The notes beneath the pieces are model-generated. The model ran no database searches. It saw nothing but the letters and a program-made list of their open reading frames with translations, and was not told where the DNA came from. From Squalus acanthias (lineage: Eukaryota), in the NCBI GenBank assembly GCA_030390025.1, contig CM059431.1, positions 133,178,001-133,242,000 of the forward strand: a stretch of DNA of 64,000 nucleotides, given 5' to 3'. A program made the position numbers and the translations under genes. Positions 11,898 to 25,754 of the stretch are shown here, piece after piece; position 1 is the first letter of the stretch; every line of letters begins with the position of its first letter.

Positions 11898-13551
11898 TGA
11901 GCACTCACTTGCTATAACCCAGAGTGTGCCTTTACCTGCCAATATCTAGGTATTATAGCGAGCCCAGGAATCGAACAGAAAACTCTCATTACTGTATTTT
12001 GGCTTACTGGTTATACCATGTGCTCTCACATAATCTTCCTCACCTTCAGAAGGTGGAAGAAGAAACACTTCACCAGATCATGGCATAGGCTTAAAACTGG
12101 CGATAGAAAGAAAGAAGCCAAAATCATGATACGCCATAGATAAAGATGTTTCATCTTTCTCACAGCCGCACTGTGTTATATATTTTCTTTCCTCACTCTC
12201 TCACCCACCCACCCCTAATAGCCTTTTATACTATATTTTAGTTGTGCAATTAAGGGACATCTAAACTTCATGTATATTGGAATATTGCAGGTGCTGTGAC
12301 AGGTTGTAGGAGAAGTTCACAAAGTAAAATTTTCAGGACACTCCAATGCTTTGTTGCTCATTCGGTTCAATGTTCTGCATGTGTGCAATGACTCAAAAAT
12401 CCCTGGATCACAAATAAGATTGCTTGTATATTTCATTTTCAGTCAATGAGAGAGAAATTGAAACCCCATGCATGATATAAAAAAGGCAATAGTATCATGC
12501 TCAAAACAAGTTAATATTCAAACAGAATGGCAGGTACAGGTTTTTTTTGTTGAAAATCCAGTCAATATTAGTTGAGGAAGATATTTAGAAGGGAAATTTT
12601 CTGACGTGCTAATGGAAGCTCAATGTATTTAAAATTAGTTGTGCTTACAGGGAAATTTGATAAATAGGATAATTTAATTTCCACTTGGGCAAGCTACTTA
12701 ATGAACTTCAACTGTAGAACTATTTTACCAATAAGACCTTCCAAAGCACACAGATGTCAGGCAGCTGCACAGGAGAAGAACAGCATTTAGAGGGAAAAGT
12801 TCCTCTTAATGATTCTATGAGTAACACATTGGGCCGATACTGTTCTAAACACAGATGTCTTTTTCACGTTTCGGAAACAGAGGCAAACAAATGCACAAAT
12901 GTAATGTATGTGATTTGCCCATGAAAATCAAGTTACAGCTCATTCAGTGATTCATTGCAGGTTAAAGTACATGTCCCTACACTTCAGGCAGCATAAATAA
13001 ACAGTGCAAAATTCCTCAGCTAACCAATGAACTTAGCAACTGCATCAGCTGATTTTAATTACTGCACATTTAACTCTCTTGTCACACTTACTTGCACACT
13101 TCATTACCAAGCAATAGTCAGTCAGTTTTTTCAGTTTTAGAAAACTCCACCTTCTCAATAGCACAAAGAGCACAACTGCAACTGGGGAAGATTCCTCATA
13201 TTGTGAATTACTATTTAAAAGGCATATTATTGCATGCCTACTTCAATATTTCCTTCATAAAACATAAAATTAGATCGTTGCTGCAATCGTTTGCCCAATG
13301 CATCAGTGAAATATTTAAATTTAAATGCGTTAGCTGAAGTCAAGAGTTAAAATGTAAATTTGAAAAATTATATTTGTTCTGCTTTCAATTTGTGTATTGA
13401 AGTGTCAAGTAAATTTAAAAACAAAGTTAAATGTCAAAATACAAATGATCGGTATCTTCAGATACAAAGTACAAACAAAAGCTGAAAAATAATTAAATAC
13501 CCTAGCCTGCAGGCACCATTATGCTTGCAGAAGAGGCAATTAAAGCTGCTA

Positions 13552-14044
13552 GGCCCGGAATTTGCAGTGGGTAATAACAGCGTTCGTCGTTATTATCCTT
13601 TGAAACTGACCACAACTTCAGGATTTAGCGCATGCACATCCCAATGCGGAAATCCTGAAGTTGCGGTCAGTCATTCACTTCTCCGACACTGGCTGCATTA
13701 TATTTTTTTTAAAGTTTGTTCATATTTATTTCAGATTTACCTTTTCCCCCCATGTGAGAGCCCCAATCTTTGTTTTGCTCTCTAACATTTTTAAAAAGTT
13801 AGAATAAAAGGAGCTTCTTCACTTCCTGGTTCCCTGTCTGTGAGAATTCTGCATTGTGATTGGCTGTTTAGACAGCTTGTTGACATCACAGCAGCTATGG
13901 AATTCCCACTAAACTGCACTGATCTCAACTGAATGTCGAAAATCCAACCTTCTCGCCACAGAGATCGCAAGGTCTTTGTGGGCAGCTTTCCTCGGGGCCA
14001 GCGGCGAACGCTTTGGCTTCGCCGCTGACCGCAAATTACGGGCC
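13552..14044. mobile_element. Harbinger-like MITE
   Basis: TIRs GGCCCGGAATTTGC / GCAAATTACGGGCC; TSD not clean. Confidence 0.7.
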
Positions 14045-14382
14045 TTTATATTGCTCTTCAGCCTCCAGCTCCCATGTAGGTTTTGTGCAGCAAGCAACAT
14101 CAAGATTAACCTGCTGGATTTTTTTTTAAGAAAGACCAGGAGCCCAGAAGATTAATTTTTTTCCACTGCGTTTTCCTGTGGACAGTAAACGTACTGACCT
14201 GGCCATGTCAGTGGACACTGGTAGTGAAGTTAGGATGCCACTATTTTTTCATGCACACTGACCAAAAAATGTCACATTCAGTCTGTGGAATTTCAATCCC
14301 CAAGTACAACCAACTACAGGAAGACCGTCTGCTCTATTCACATCTAAATGTGTGACAGTGGCACATCTAGCTTACCCTCCTA

Positions 14383-14616
<234 letters not shown>

Positions 14617-14763
14617 TTATAGATCAAAAGACAGTATCCAAACCCCAATTTTGTACATGACCTTTTCAGGTCATGCCCATGGAAACCTTTCATGGCATCC
14701 TGCACCCCAATAGCTATGGTTATTGGTAACAGTAAACCTGGAAAACTGTGGAGAGAACACAGA

Positions 14764-16305
14764 GGGCTGGATTTTGCCAGCGGAGACGGGTTCACAGCGG
14801 GAGAGGTAGTTGCCGGGTTCCGGACCCGCTCCGGCTGCAGCCTCTCTGTGAAAAGGATTTTCCGTTAATAGGGCTCGTTAAGCCCGTCCTGCGGTGTTTT
14901 CGGCCAATTAAAAGGAAGCGGGTCTGATGATGTCATTTGATGCCGGTTTCCTTAAAGGGACCATGGCCGCATTCATTTTGACAGTTGTGCTGTCAGTGTT
15001 CTGCAGCATTGAGGTGCTGCAAACACTGACAAGCACTGCACAAAGGTGCACGGCTGCACCCAGGCTCTCCCATGACTTTCTTCACATGCTTATGGAGGGA
15101 GTCACAGCACGCAGGGAGGTTCTCTTCCCTTCCAAGGGCGGGAGAGACCTCCCCAGGACACCAACGCAGCCTGGTTGCACATTGCACAGGAGGGCAAAAG
15201 CAGGGATGTCATCAGGAGGACCAGGCTGTATGGCGCAAACCTTTCAATAATCTCAGAAGATCACGAAACGTTACTGCCAAGCCACACTCAACCTCATCCT
15301 GCTGTGCCACTCATCACATCTCCATCACTCTGCCTTCCCAACCCTACTCCTGCACATCCTTACTCACACCAACTTAACTTGCACCTCCACCCATCCTTCT
15401 CTATCTACATTATCACTTCCCCATCTCACTAGCCACCCCTCACACTCACCCTCAGCCTAGTCCAATCATACCAACTAACAATACACAAGGGTAGACACTT
15501 GGGTGTTTTATGCAATGTTCATGTAAAATTTCTATTAATGTGGTGACAGATTTGTGTGCACCTTTGGAAGTGGCTTAGTGAGTTGCAGTGAATGGTGAGA
15601 CATAAGGGTACCGCCCCCGCAATGGTGATGAGTGTGAAAGGAATGGCTTGGATAGTGTAGGGATGCTTTATGGTATTGGTGTGGGGTGGTGCCAACCTGG
15701 CGCATCATGTGGCAGCCAGGGTGTACAGTGTCAAGTGAAGCAAATCTGGCCATGGTAATACCATTGCTGGCCACCCGGGCAGCAATGTTGTCAGGTGCTG
15801 ATGCCCTGTGCAGCATCAGGTGATTGCGGAGAAGGTTGGTATTGTTGTTGGTGATGTTGGTTTGCCTGGGGCTGCATTCAGCTCAAAAGTGCCTTCCAAG
15901 TCCTGAAGGCTCAAGCTTCTGACATTGGAAAGTGACCAGCTGTGAAATGGTAGCTTTCATACCACTTTTGCAGCTGTCACCTATTCACAGCAATGGGGAG
16001 ACATAGAGAACCCGACCTACTTACCTGACGTGATCTCCGAACGACGTGAACCCCGTTAAAAATGTGGTAAAATAGAAAAAGGCTGGCAAAATAGTAGGTA
16101 ACAAGCACTTAACAAGCAGTTAAGTATCTTAAATGCCTCCCCCACCGCTTGGTGTTGGGTCTGTTCTGAAATCGCAGACCCAACACTTTGGAAACTTACA
16201 TGGAGGCGGGTTCGCAGCGGGTTCCCAACCTGCTGTCAATCATTTCGATTTTGACAGCGGACCAGCCTCCAAACCTGCCCTCTGAGCGCTGGCAAAATCA
16301 CGGCC
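14764..16305 (+). mobile_element. Non-autonomous Harbinger derivative, AGA TSD
   Basis: TIRs GGGCTGGATTTTGCCAG / CTGGCAAAATCACGGCC with aga on both flanks. Decayed Myb exon at about 15000-15270 (+) and a remnant of the nuclease 5' region (-) near 15790-15870. Confidence 0.88.
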
Positions 16306-17744
16306 AGAGACTCTATTGCATATAATGAAACAACTTTTTACAGGATTCCTAACAATTTAAAGATCCTATAAATTTACTTTGGACTTTTGAATTCAGAGTG
16401 CATATAACACAGAAAGACTAAGAAGCTCATTCCAACAAGTGGACTGATCACACTTTTTCTGGAGAGTTGCCATGTGTCACTCTTTAGGAGTAACAGCTGG
16501 TCAATCACTAACATTGATTTGAAATTGTGATCAATTTTGACCGGTTTTATTCTTAAAATAAATATAGCTCCCTAATGGATTTGCAACCTGGGTAGTATAA
16601 TTTCACTGAATACACTGATATTAACGGCTCTGCATACAATTATGCTGAGTGGCTCTATAAGACAAACCTAACGGTGTGGCCTAGAATTTCTTTGATGTGA
16701 TTTACACCACTATTGCCCCTCTAAGAAAAATATTGTGCCCGCCATGGCCTGCAGAGGAAGCTACACACAAGTTTTCTGGGTATGTTCATTTGCACACCTA
16801 TTGGTGTAAAGCCAGTCTAAAACTGTTGCCAGCAGCTGAAACTTCTGTGCAGCATTTTAAAAGCACTGTCCAGCCTGTACCTATCAGCGGCACGCTGGGA
16901 GACAAGCACACAAGACAGGAACAGCGCTGCTCTTTCATTCCTCTTGCAAATTACTTCAATGCATGCCGTAACAAGATTTGCCCTTGTGTGACTCTGCAAG
17001 GTCATCTCATTATACCAATTCAAACATATTCCCTACAGATGACACGGTTTGGGGGGGGGGGGGGGGGGTTGGTGGTGGGTGGTAACTGAATGAAGCAGCA
17101 ACTCGGATCGGATCCAGATCTAGCAGAATTCATAGAAGATCAAGGTCTCGCAGCACTCCACATAGTGGGGAGCTGGCAGCATTCAAGGGTGGGTAGTAGC
17201 CTGTGTGGGGCGGAAGGGAGGGGAGACCTGGGGTTTGGCAGCTTTCAGGAGGGGTCTGGAGTCTGGCAGCACTTCTAGAGTGGTGAGATTTTGGAAACAA
17301 TTGGACAACCAATGGGTTCTATAAACAATCCGGGGTTGGGGGGGGGGGGGGAAGGGTGGCAACACGAATGGGGCATTTTGAGATCTGTCAGACTGAGAAG
17401 GGGGACCTTGCTTGTTAAATAGGTAACTGAAAGCCCAAACACTTGCACAGTTTAAAAACAGGAAATAAAGCCAATACCAATGGAGATCCCCATGTCATTT
17501 GTAACTACAACTTGCCTGTAATTTGCTCATCATAGTTAAGGGTGAAACAGTAGGACTGGTGAGTCCAGGGAGCGAGAGTGGGACCGCGAGTCAAGACATT
17601 GGTAAACATGAGAACTCTTGAACCATTTTCTTTAGGTTTTCTTTGGAGCCAGCTAGACAAAGACTGGAAACCCATGAGTTCAAATTTGCCACCTCTACCG
17701 TTCAAGGTGAAACAATCTTTAAAAAAAAATTCATTCTCAGGATG

Positions 17745-18013
17745 TGCGCTGGCATTTATTGCTCATTAACTGAGGGGCTTGCTAGGCTACTTCAGAGGGC
17801 AATTACGAGTCAACCACATTGGGCAAGGACGGCAGGTTTCCTTCCCTAAAGGAAGAACAATCTGACAGCTTCATGGTCACATTTACTGATACTAACTTTT
17901 TATTTCAAACTGAATTTAAATTCTCAAACTGTCATGATGGGATTTTCTCTGAATGATTAGTTCAGGCCTCTAGATTACTAGTCCAGTAATGTAACCACTA
18001 CACTACCGTACCC
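17745..18013 (-). repeat. Decayed tRNA-derived SINE
   Basis: The minus strand starts gggtacggtagtgtagtggttacattactggactagtaatc (tRNA-like head) and ends in a gcaataaatgcc tail similar to the LINE 3' end at about 19640-19830. Confidence 0.5.
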
Positions 18014-19149
18014 TTCTCACAATACAACTTGGATTGGTGCTGCAGTCCAGCTTGCTGCTTATGCTATTTTTAAAAATTTGACCAGGCCCCGAAACAGGAG
18101 AGTCTGGGCCTGGGAGCAGGAGAGTGTTCAAGTCAGGCAGAATCTGGGCCTGGGTGTATTCGCGGTTGAAGTGGACACTTGAAAACCAGCACTGAGGAAA
18201 GGGCCAAGTTTTGGCATAGTACTCAAATCCAAGGCCCTAAAGAAGCCTATGAGGAGAAAACTGCTCAAGTCATTTCCAAGATTAAATTGGTAACTTTATA
18301 GGGTAAGTTTAACATTTACTTTCTCAGAATTGTGTAATTTTTGTACATTTGTTATGTTGCAAACTTTATTTTTAGGACTGTTCAATGTAGACATGATTCA
18401 GGTAATAAATCCTTAAACTGTTTGTTTCAGCTAAGCTAGGGATTGGCCAGGACGTGCACAAAAAAGTTCTTACTCTCAACTGGGATTTGAAGAGGGTATT
18501 TCAAATGTTTTTCCACAGCAGTATAAACTATTGCCTGAGGGCCATGATTCCTGCATGCTCTGGCTACTGAGTCCATGACTTGGGTTGGGAATTTTCTTGG
18601 AGTCGCTCCCGCTCTATAACCATCGTAACTTTGCTGGAAGTGCAGCGGAAACCCCATTTGAGTGTGTAAACGGGGTTTCCACTGTAGGTTTGGCAAAATT
18701 ACGGAGACTGAGCAATTTAGCTTGGAGTAAGGGGGAACATTTCTATGTATATTTATTGAACTTAAGTGTTTTGTATTGCAATTCTTTTTCTGTGGCCTGC
18801 AATGGTTTATCGTACATATCCTTGGTATAAGGGTTGTCAGCAGATACCATGTAAACAAGCCCTTCATTTTAGTGTTCTGTTACACCACACTTTTTTTTTA
18901 CAACTTTCTGTAGAAAGAATCGATATGAAAAAATATTACATTTTAATAGGACACAGAGACAGGTTTAAAGCGAGTACACGGTTTTACAACATATGCTATT
19001 GCTGAAATTCCCCTGTAATTGTCTATAAACTTATTTACTAATAAATCTGAAGTAATGTTATCAAAAAGGAGCTCGCCAGCCTTCTTGTGTATAAAATAAC
19101 AAATGCAGCATGTTAAAGGCTATAAACTGATTCTGGTGTTCAGGTAACT

Positions 19150-19625
19150 AATCATAACAACAAATTCATATAGTGCTATTAACGTAGATAAACATCCTAA
19201 GACACTTCACAGAAGCGTAATCATATAAAAATAGATGCTGAGCCAGAGAAGGAGATATAAGGAGAGGTAACTAAAAGTTTGGTTAAAGAGGTGGGTTTTA
19301 AGGAGGGTCTTAAAGGAGAGGAAGGTGGAGAGAGGTTTAGGGAGGAATTCCAGAGCGTAGGGCCGAGATGACTTAAGGCATGATGTCCAGTGGTGGGGCA
19401 AAATGGGGGATGCACAAGAGACCAGAATCGTACTTACAGGATGTTACAGAATGGGGAAGGGCAAGGCCATGAAAGGATTTAAACACGAGGATGAGAATTT
19501 TAAATTAGGGGACTTGGGGCCAATGTAGGTTAGCAAGAGCAGGGATGGTGGGTGAGGAGGACTTGGTGCAGGATAGAATACGGGCAATTTTGAATGAGCT
19601 GGAGTTTATGGAGAGTTGAGGTTGA
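19150..19625 (-). repeat. L2-like LINE 3' remnant
   Basis: Minus strand gives PTLWNSSLN..SFKTLLKTHLFNQ, the typical L2 ORF2 C-terminus; related to 60230-60500 (+). Boundaries approximate. Confidence 0.55.
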
Positions 19626-19904
19626 CAAGACACAAAGTTCGCCTCTAAGTCACACACCATCCTGACTTCATTGTCACTAGAATTCCCTATCTACCACCAC
19701 TGTGGGAGTGGCATCACCACAAGGACTGCAGCAATTCAAGGTGAAGCCCACTATCACCATCACTACCGCAGGGCAACGGGGGATGGGCAATAAATGTGGC
19801 CATGTCAGCGTCTACTGAGAACAATTTTTAAAAAATGATTCACTGCAGCAGAACAAGAGGCCAGATGTTCAGGATTATGAAGAGTACGTTTAGGACAGAC
19901 ACCA

Positions 19905-22214
19905 CAGAATCATAGAAAAATTACAACACAGGAGGCCATTCAGCCCATCGTGTCCGTGCCGGTCGGAAAAGAGCTAAACCAGCCTAATCCCATCTTCCAG
20001 TACTAGGTCCGTAGCCCTGTAGGTTACGGCTCTTCAAGTGCACATCCAAGTACTTTTTAAATGTGATGAGGGTTTCTGCCTCTACCACCCTTTCGGGCAG
20101 TGAGTTCCAGACCCCCACCAACCTCTGGGTGAAATTTTTTTTCCTCATCTCCCCTCTAATCCTTCTACCAACTACTTTAAATCTATGCCCCCTGGTTCTT
20201 GACCCCTCTGCTAAGGGAAATAGGTCCTTCCTATCCACTCTATCTAGGCCCCTCATAATTTTATACATCTCAATTAAATCTCCCCTCAGCCTCCTCTGTT
20301 CCAAGGAAAACAACCCCAGCCTATCCAAACTTTCCTCATAGCTAAAATTCTCCAGTCCAGGCAACATCCTCGTAAATATCCTCTGCGCACTCTCCAGTGC
20401 AATCACATCCTTCCTGTAATGTGGTGACCAGAACTGCACGCAGTACTCAAGCTGTGGCCTAACTAGTGTTTTATACAGTTCTAGCATAACTTCCCTGCTC
20501 TTATATTCTATGCCTCGGCTAATAAAGGAAAGCATTCCATATGCCTTTTTAACTACTTTATCGACCTGTCCTGCTACCTTTAAGGATCTGTGGACATACA
20601 CTCCAAGGTCCCTCTGTTCCTCCACACCTCTCAGTATCCTCCCATTAATTGTGTATTCCCTTGCCTTGTTGCTCCTCCCCAAATGCATTACCTCACACTT
20701 TTCCGGATTGAATTCCATTTGCCACTTTTCTGCCCAACTGACCAGTTCATCGATATCTTCCTGCAGTCTAAAGCTTTCCTCCTCACTGTCAACCACACGG
20801 CCAATTTTTGTATCATCTGCAAATTTCTTTATCATGCCCCCTACATTTAAGTCTAAATCGTTAATATATACTACAAAAAGTAAGGGACCGAGTACTGAGC
20901 CCTGTAGAGCCCCACTGGAAACAGCCTTCCAGTCGCAAAAACTCCCCTCAACCACTACCCTTTGCTTCCTGCCACTGAGACAATTTTGGATCCAGTTTGC
21001 CACTCTCCCTTGGATCCCATGGGCTTTTACCTTTTTGATCAGCCTGCCATGTGGGACCTTGTCAAAAGCCTTGCTAAAATCCATGTAGACTACATCAAAC
21101 ACACTACCCTCATCGACCCTCCTTGTTGCCTCCTCAAAGAATTCAATCAAGTTAGTCAGATACGACCTTCCCTTAACAAAACCATGCTGACTGTCCTTGA
21201 TTAATCTGTGTCTTTCTAAATGAAGGTTTATACTGTCCCTCAGAATTGATTCCAGTAATTTACCTACCACCGAGGTTAAACTAACTGGCCTGTAATTGCT
21301 TGGTTTATCCCTTCCTCCCTTTTTAAACAATGGTACAACGTTAGCAGTTCTCCAATCCTCTGGCACCACACCTGTAGCCAGGGAGGATTGGAAAATGATG
21401 GTCAGAGCCTCTGCTATTTCCTCACTTGCTTCTTTTAATAGCCTCAAATATATTTCATCTGGCCCTGGCGATTTATCTACTTTCAAGGATGCTAAACCCC
21501 TTAATACTTCCTCTCTTACTATGTTTATCCCGTCCAATATTTCACTATCTTCAACGTCGGCATTGTCCCCCTCTTTTGTGAATACAGCTGCAAAGTATTC
21601 ATTAAGTACCTTACCCACATCCTCCGCCTCCACACATAGATCACCATTTTGGTCCCTGATAGGCCCTACTCTTTCCTTAGTTATCCTCTTGCTCTTTATG
21701 TAATTATAAAAGATCTTTGGGTTTTCTTTGATTCTACTTGCCAGTATTTTTTCATGCCCTCTTTTTGCTTTCCTAATTTCCTTCTTAATTTCACCCTTAC
21801 ACTTTCTATACTCTTCTCGGCTTTCTGCAGTATTGAGCTCACGATATCTGATATAGGCTTCCCTTTTTTGCCTTATCTTACCCTGTATGCACCTGGTCAT
21901 CCAGGGGGCTCTAAATTTGGCAGATCGACCCTTTTTCTTTTTGGGAACATGTTTACCCTGAACTCCATGTATCTCCCTCTTGAATGCCTCCCACTGCTCT
22001 GACACTGATTTACCTTCAAGTAACCGTTTCCAGTCCACTTTTGCTAAATCACTTCTCAACCTAGTAAAATTGGCCTTCCCCCAATTTAGAACCCTTACTC
22101 CTGTTTTTTCTTTGTCCTTATCCATAATTATGCTAAAATTAACTGAATTATGATCACTACCACAAAAATGCTCTCCCACTGATACTCCTTCCACCTGCCC
22201 AGCTTCATTCCCTA
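19905..22214 (-). mobile_element. 5'-truncated CR1-type LINE with uninterrupted RT reading frame
   Basis: ORF 19984..22392 (802 aa) has no stop through the RT (PVSLTS, QHGF, DFSKAFD, QGSVLGP, FADD) to the C-terminus. Candidate 8-bp TSD agacacca at 19897-19904 and 22215-22222. Confidence 0.93.
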
Positions 22215-23529
22215 AGACACCAGGGTTTATTTCTTTACACATAGGATGATCAACAGCTGCAATTGGTTTACAGGAAGAGTAGTTGAGATCAGGACACTGA
22301 CTCATTCCAGAAACATTCAATACTGTAATGGAAATATGATCAGGTTGGTCATTCTCTGGGAGAATGAGATCAAACGAGCATTCTTCACCCAAAACTATCT
22401 TGTGATCTTGTACTGGATGTCATTCAAGGGATCAACTAATTTGTGATGTATTTGCCATCATGTGATTAACAGGATATTACAGTTTCAGTAGTAGGTGAAG
22501 AATTAGTCACTGTGTACGCATATAACTGCATCATCAACCACCGATTCCTACTAATTTTGCCACGTGTTGTGCAACATAATGACTTTGGCCTGTGCAATGT
22601 GTTGAATGATAGACAAACAATGTAATACATTGTTTGTACCTATGTTTTCAAGTGCTTTAAAAGGAAGGCACGTTTATGGGGAATACTTTTTCTTCCAAGT
22701 ATTCCCCTATTTTCTAAAGAAATGTAAGGGTACATTTTGTGAGGCTTGGCTCTGAGCTCTGATTGAAATCAAGAGCGAAGGACGGTGCTCCAATTTTCTA
22801 AGCAGTCATGAATCAGATGTGCTGACCTGTAGCCCTGATTCTCCAATCCATACTCTCATCAAGCAAAGCTCCACACTCTCAAAACGGACCCATAATGTAC
22901 TCACAAGAATATGATTTCACGTTTTTTATAAAAATGTAGAATTTATTACCGGCAACAATTAAAATAGCATCTCCGAGTGGTAACGTAATTTCTTGACCTG
23001 CTGTGCTACAAGAACAATACTCAGTCCGATGTCACAGTCTGTTTACTGTTGAGGCACCATCAGAAATTACCAGTCAGTGACAATCACTGGATTGGCCTAG
23101 TAGGTATGGCGAACCAACTCTGTGCACAATAACATTTACATTTAAAAAAATAAAAAGCTTGAATTGGATTCTTAAGTATATTTTTTTCGCTAAAAAGCAA
23201 TCCTCAACTTTCTTCCCATCACCCCTGTCCTCACTGACCTATATTGGCTCCCAGTCACCCAAAGCTTCCATTATAAAATTCTCATCCTTGGCTGCGATTT
23301 TATCATTGGTGGCGGGTTGGGTGCGGGTCAGGGTCCCGCCTCCGCTTTCAGCCGGTCAGAAATTGAAATGTTACATTAATTGCTCTATTGAATCCCTGCG
23401 TGTGCGCAACCCGGCCCAATTAGTGGTTTCAGGTCTGCTGCTCGCCTCTGCTGACGTCTGTCAGCCAGCTGCATTTAAGGGGCCTATGCAGCCTTGTTTC
23501 ATTCTCATCCTTTTCTGCTGGTTTTCGTG

Positions 23530-25480
23530 TTGGCAACTATACCAGACTGCTGCAAGATCCAAGGCCTCTCCCCGCTTTGATGACTCCCCCCTCCATGCTC
23601 TTGTGGATGGAGTGAGAGGGCGCAAGGAGGTACTCTTCCCATTCTCTGGATGGAGGAAGCCTCCTCAGCAAAGCAAAGCAGCCTGGCTGCAAATTGCTGA
23701 GGAGGTCAGCTCCAGATCGTTGTGTGCTCGCTCCTGGGTCCAGTGCAGGAAAAGGTTTAATGACCTGATATGCTCAGGAAAAGTGAGTATAACATCACAC
23801 TTACCCTCAATCTGCTCCCCATCTCCTCTCATCACCAGCACTCTGCATTGTCAACCTACTCCTGCACATCCCACTTTACCCATACATCCCTTGCCCCCTT
23901 AACCATCCCTCTCTCTCTATGTACAGAATCACTTCACTATTCGACTATGCAGCCCTCATACTCGCTATCACTGTTATGCAATGCCAACAACTAACAACGC
24001 ACAGGGAGGACCCTTGGTATTGGCACCTCACTCCATCTTTGTCTCCTTCTATGCATCTATGCTATGGATTCTCTACACTCACTCCAACATTCTCACTCAA
24101 ACTCCACTTGTGTCCCTCATTGCAGGAAAAGAGAGCCCACAATAAGAGGGAGGGAGCCAGGACAGGAGGAGGTCCACCTTCCATTGCCCATATGACCACC
24201 GCTGAGGAGGCTGCTCTCGAAATCATCGGAGGTGCTGAGGATCTGGAAGTGGGGGACGGTCAGACGGGCGCAGCAGATCAAGCTGGTGACAGAATAGATT
24301 TGCATCTCTCTCATTTACATTGCATGGGTGACTGATATGGCATCTGATGCTCATACAGATTGAGTTATGATCATCTGCACAATTCGATGTGCATGCTACG
24401 TTAATATCACATGTCTAACTCATGCCTTTACTCCCCCACAGGACCATCGAGAGCCCCCCTCCCCACAGTCCAGGAGGAAGAGCCTGAAGATTCCTCAGAG
24501 GAAGCTGCAACCTCTGAGGGCGCAGCGTCAGCAGAATTAAGCGCACCCAGCACCAGCGCAGATACGCACACCTCGGTAAGACCTTCGCGAGACAGAGTAG
24601 TGTTGTCACCTGGTGTATCACATCTCACAAGTGAGCATCAGCAGATGGTGGAGATAGGGTCAGCAGTGGAGAGTCCTCGTCGGAGGCCACAGGGCGCTCC
24701 CAGCTCTGCTCAGCTGCATGTTGACCCTGTGCCTCTGGGGCCATCCAGAAAGAGAGCGGTGCTGGAAATCCAGGAACAAGTGCAGGAGTCTCTGGCAGGT
24801 TTTGCATCCAGGGTTACTGCGAGTGTGAGAGGATGGAGGAATCCATGTCTAACATGAGCAGTGCCTTTGTGGAGGCAATGGTGCATGAACGCACCACCAC
24901 GGAAAGGATGGCAACCTCCGTGGAAAGGCTGGCTACGGTCATGGAGGAAATAAGTCGCCAGAGTCAGGAAAACATGGTGAATGTTCAGAATAGATTGACA
25001 TCTCTGGTGGAGCAATGGGCAGCTATTGAGCAGAGAAACCAGAGCTTCATGGAAGTCCTTTTGAGGAGGACTGCCAGTGCAGATACGGGTCCTCATGGCC
25101 CCTCTGATGTGCAGCAAGGTGCTCTCCAGCCACTTGCTAGCACTGAAGTGCGGCTGACCCATGAGAGGGATGTTGGTGGCAGGCAACAAGGAAGTGTGGG
25201 CCCCTCTCCAAGCGCTCACACTCCCATGCCACTGTGGAGCCCTTGGTCAGAGCCCCACCAGAGTCCTCACCCAACTGAGATGGGCGTCTCAGCCCCTGCA
25301 CAGCCGCAGGAGGAGCAGACTGTTGCCGAACCCTCACAGGCTCGCAAACCCAGAGGATGCCCGCCAAAGGTGTCGAAGCAGGAGCAGCATGAAAGTGAGC
25401 AAGGTGCCTCCACATCTGCTGAAGCCACAGGGGAAGTGCCACGTAGAAGTATGCATAAGAGGAAGATAAAGGGCAATTAG
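23530..25480 (+). pseudogene. Harbinger Myb/SANT-like DNA-binding gene, three exons (about 23530-23782, 24126-24285, 24442-25480), frameshift near 24830
   Basis: Exon 1 PRFDDSPLHALVDGVRGRKEVLF..AWLQIAEEV..RSWVQCRKRFNDL ends at gtgagt. Exon 2 follows ttgcag (EKRAHNKREGARTGGG). Exon 3 follows ccacag in matching phase 1. Start codon not identified. Confidence 0.8.
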
Positions 25481-25754
25481 TCACAAGGGTAGTCACTTGG
25501 GTGTTCTGTTCTGTTGTCTTTTGTTATGTTTAATATTTGGCATTGTCATCCTTTTGTGTATGTATTAAACAAAAGTGATGGGAAACAGTTGAAGGTTTGG
25601 CCTTTGTGTTCTGGGAAATGGAAGTTGCACGTTGAGGGCTCAGGGCGACTTGCATTTGTAATGATGGTGGTCAGAGTGATAGGAACCCACAGGTTCTTGT
25701 ACATTGTGTATGGTGTGATAAGAAGGTGCAGCCACGTGTGTTTGATTCATCTAC

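Noticed and set aside
20510..21088. Antisense ORFs over CR1 elements (also 9185-9664 and 10643-11062)
   Set aside because: Shadow frames of CR1 ORF2 that recur in every copy; no independent evidence of coding.
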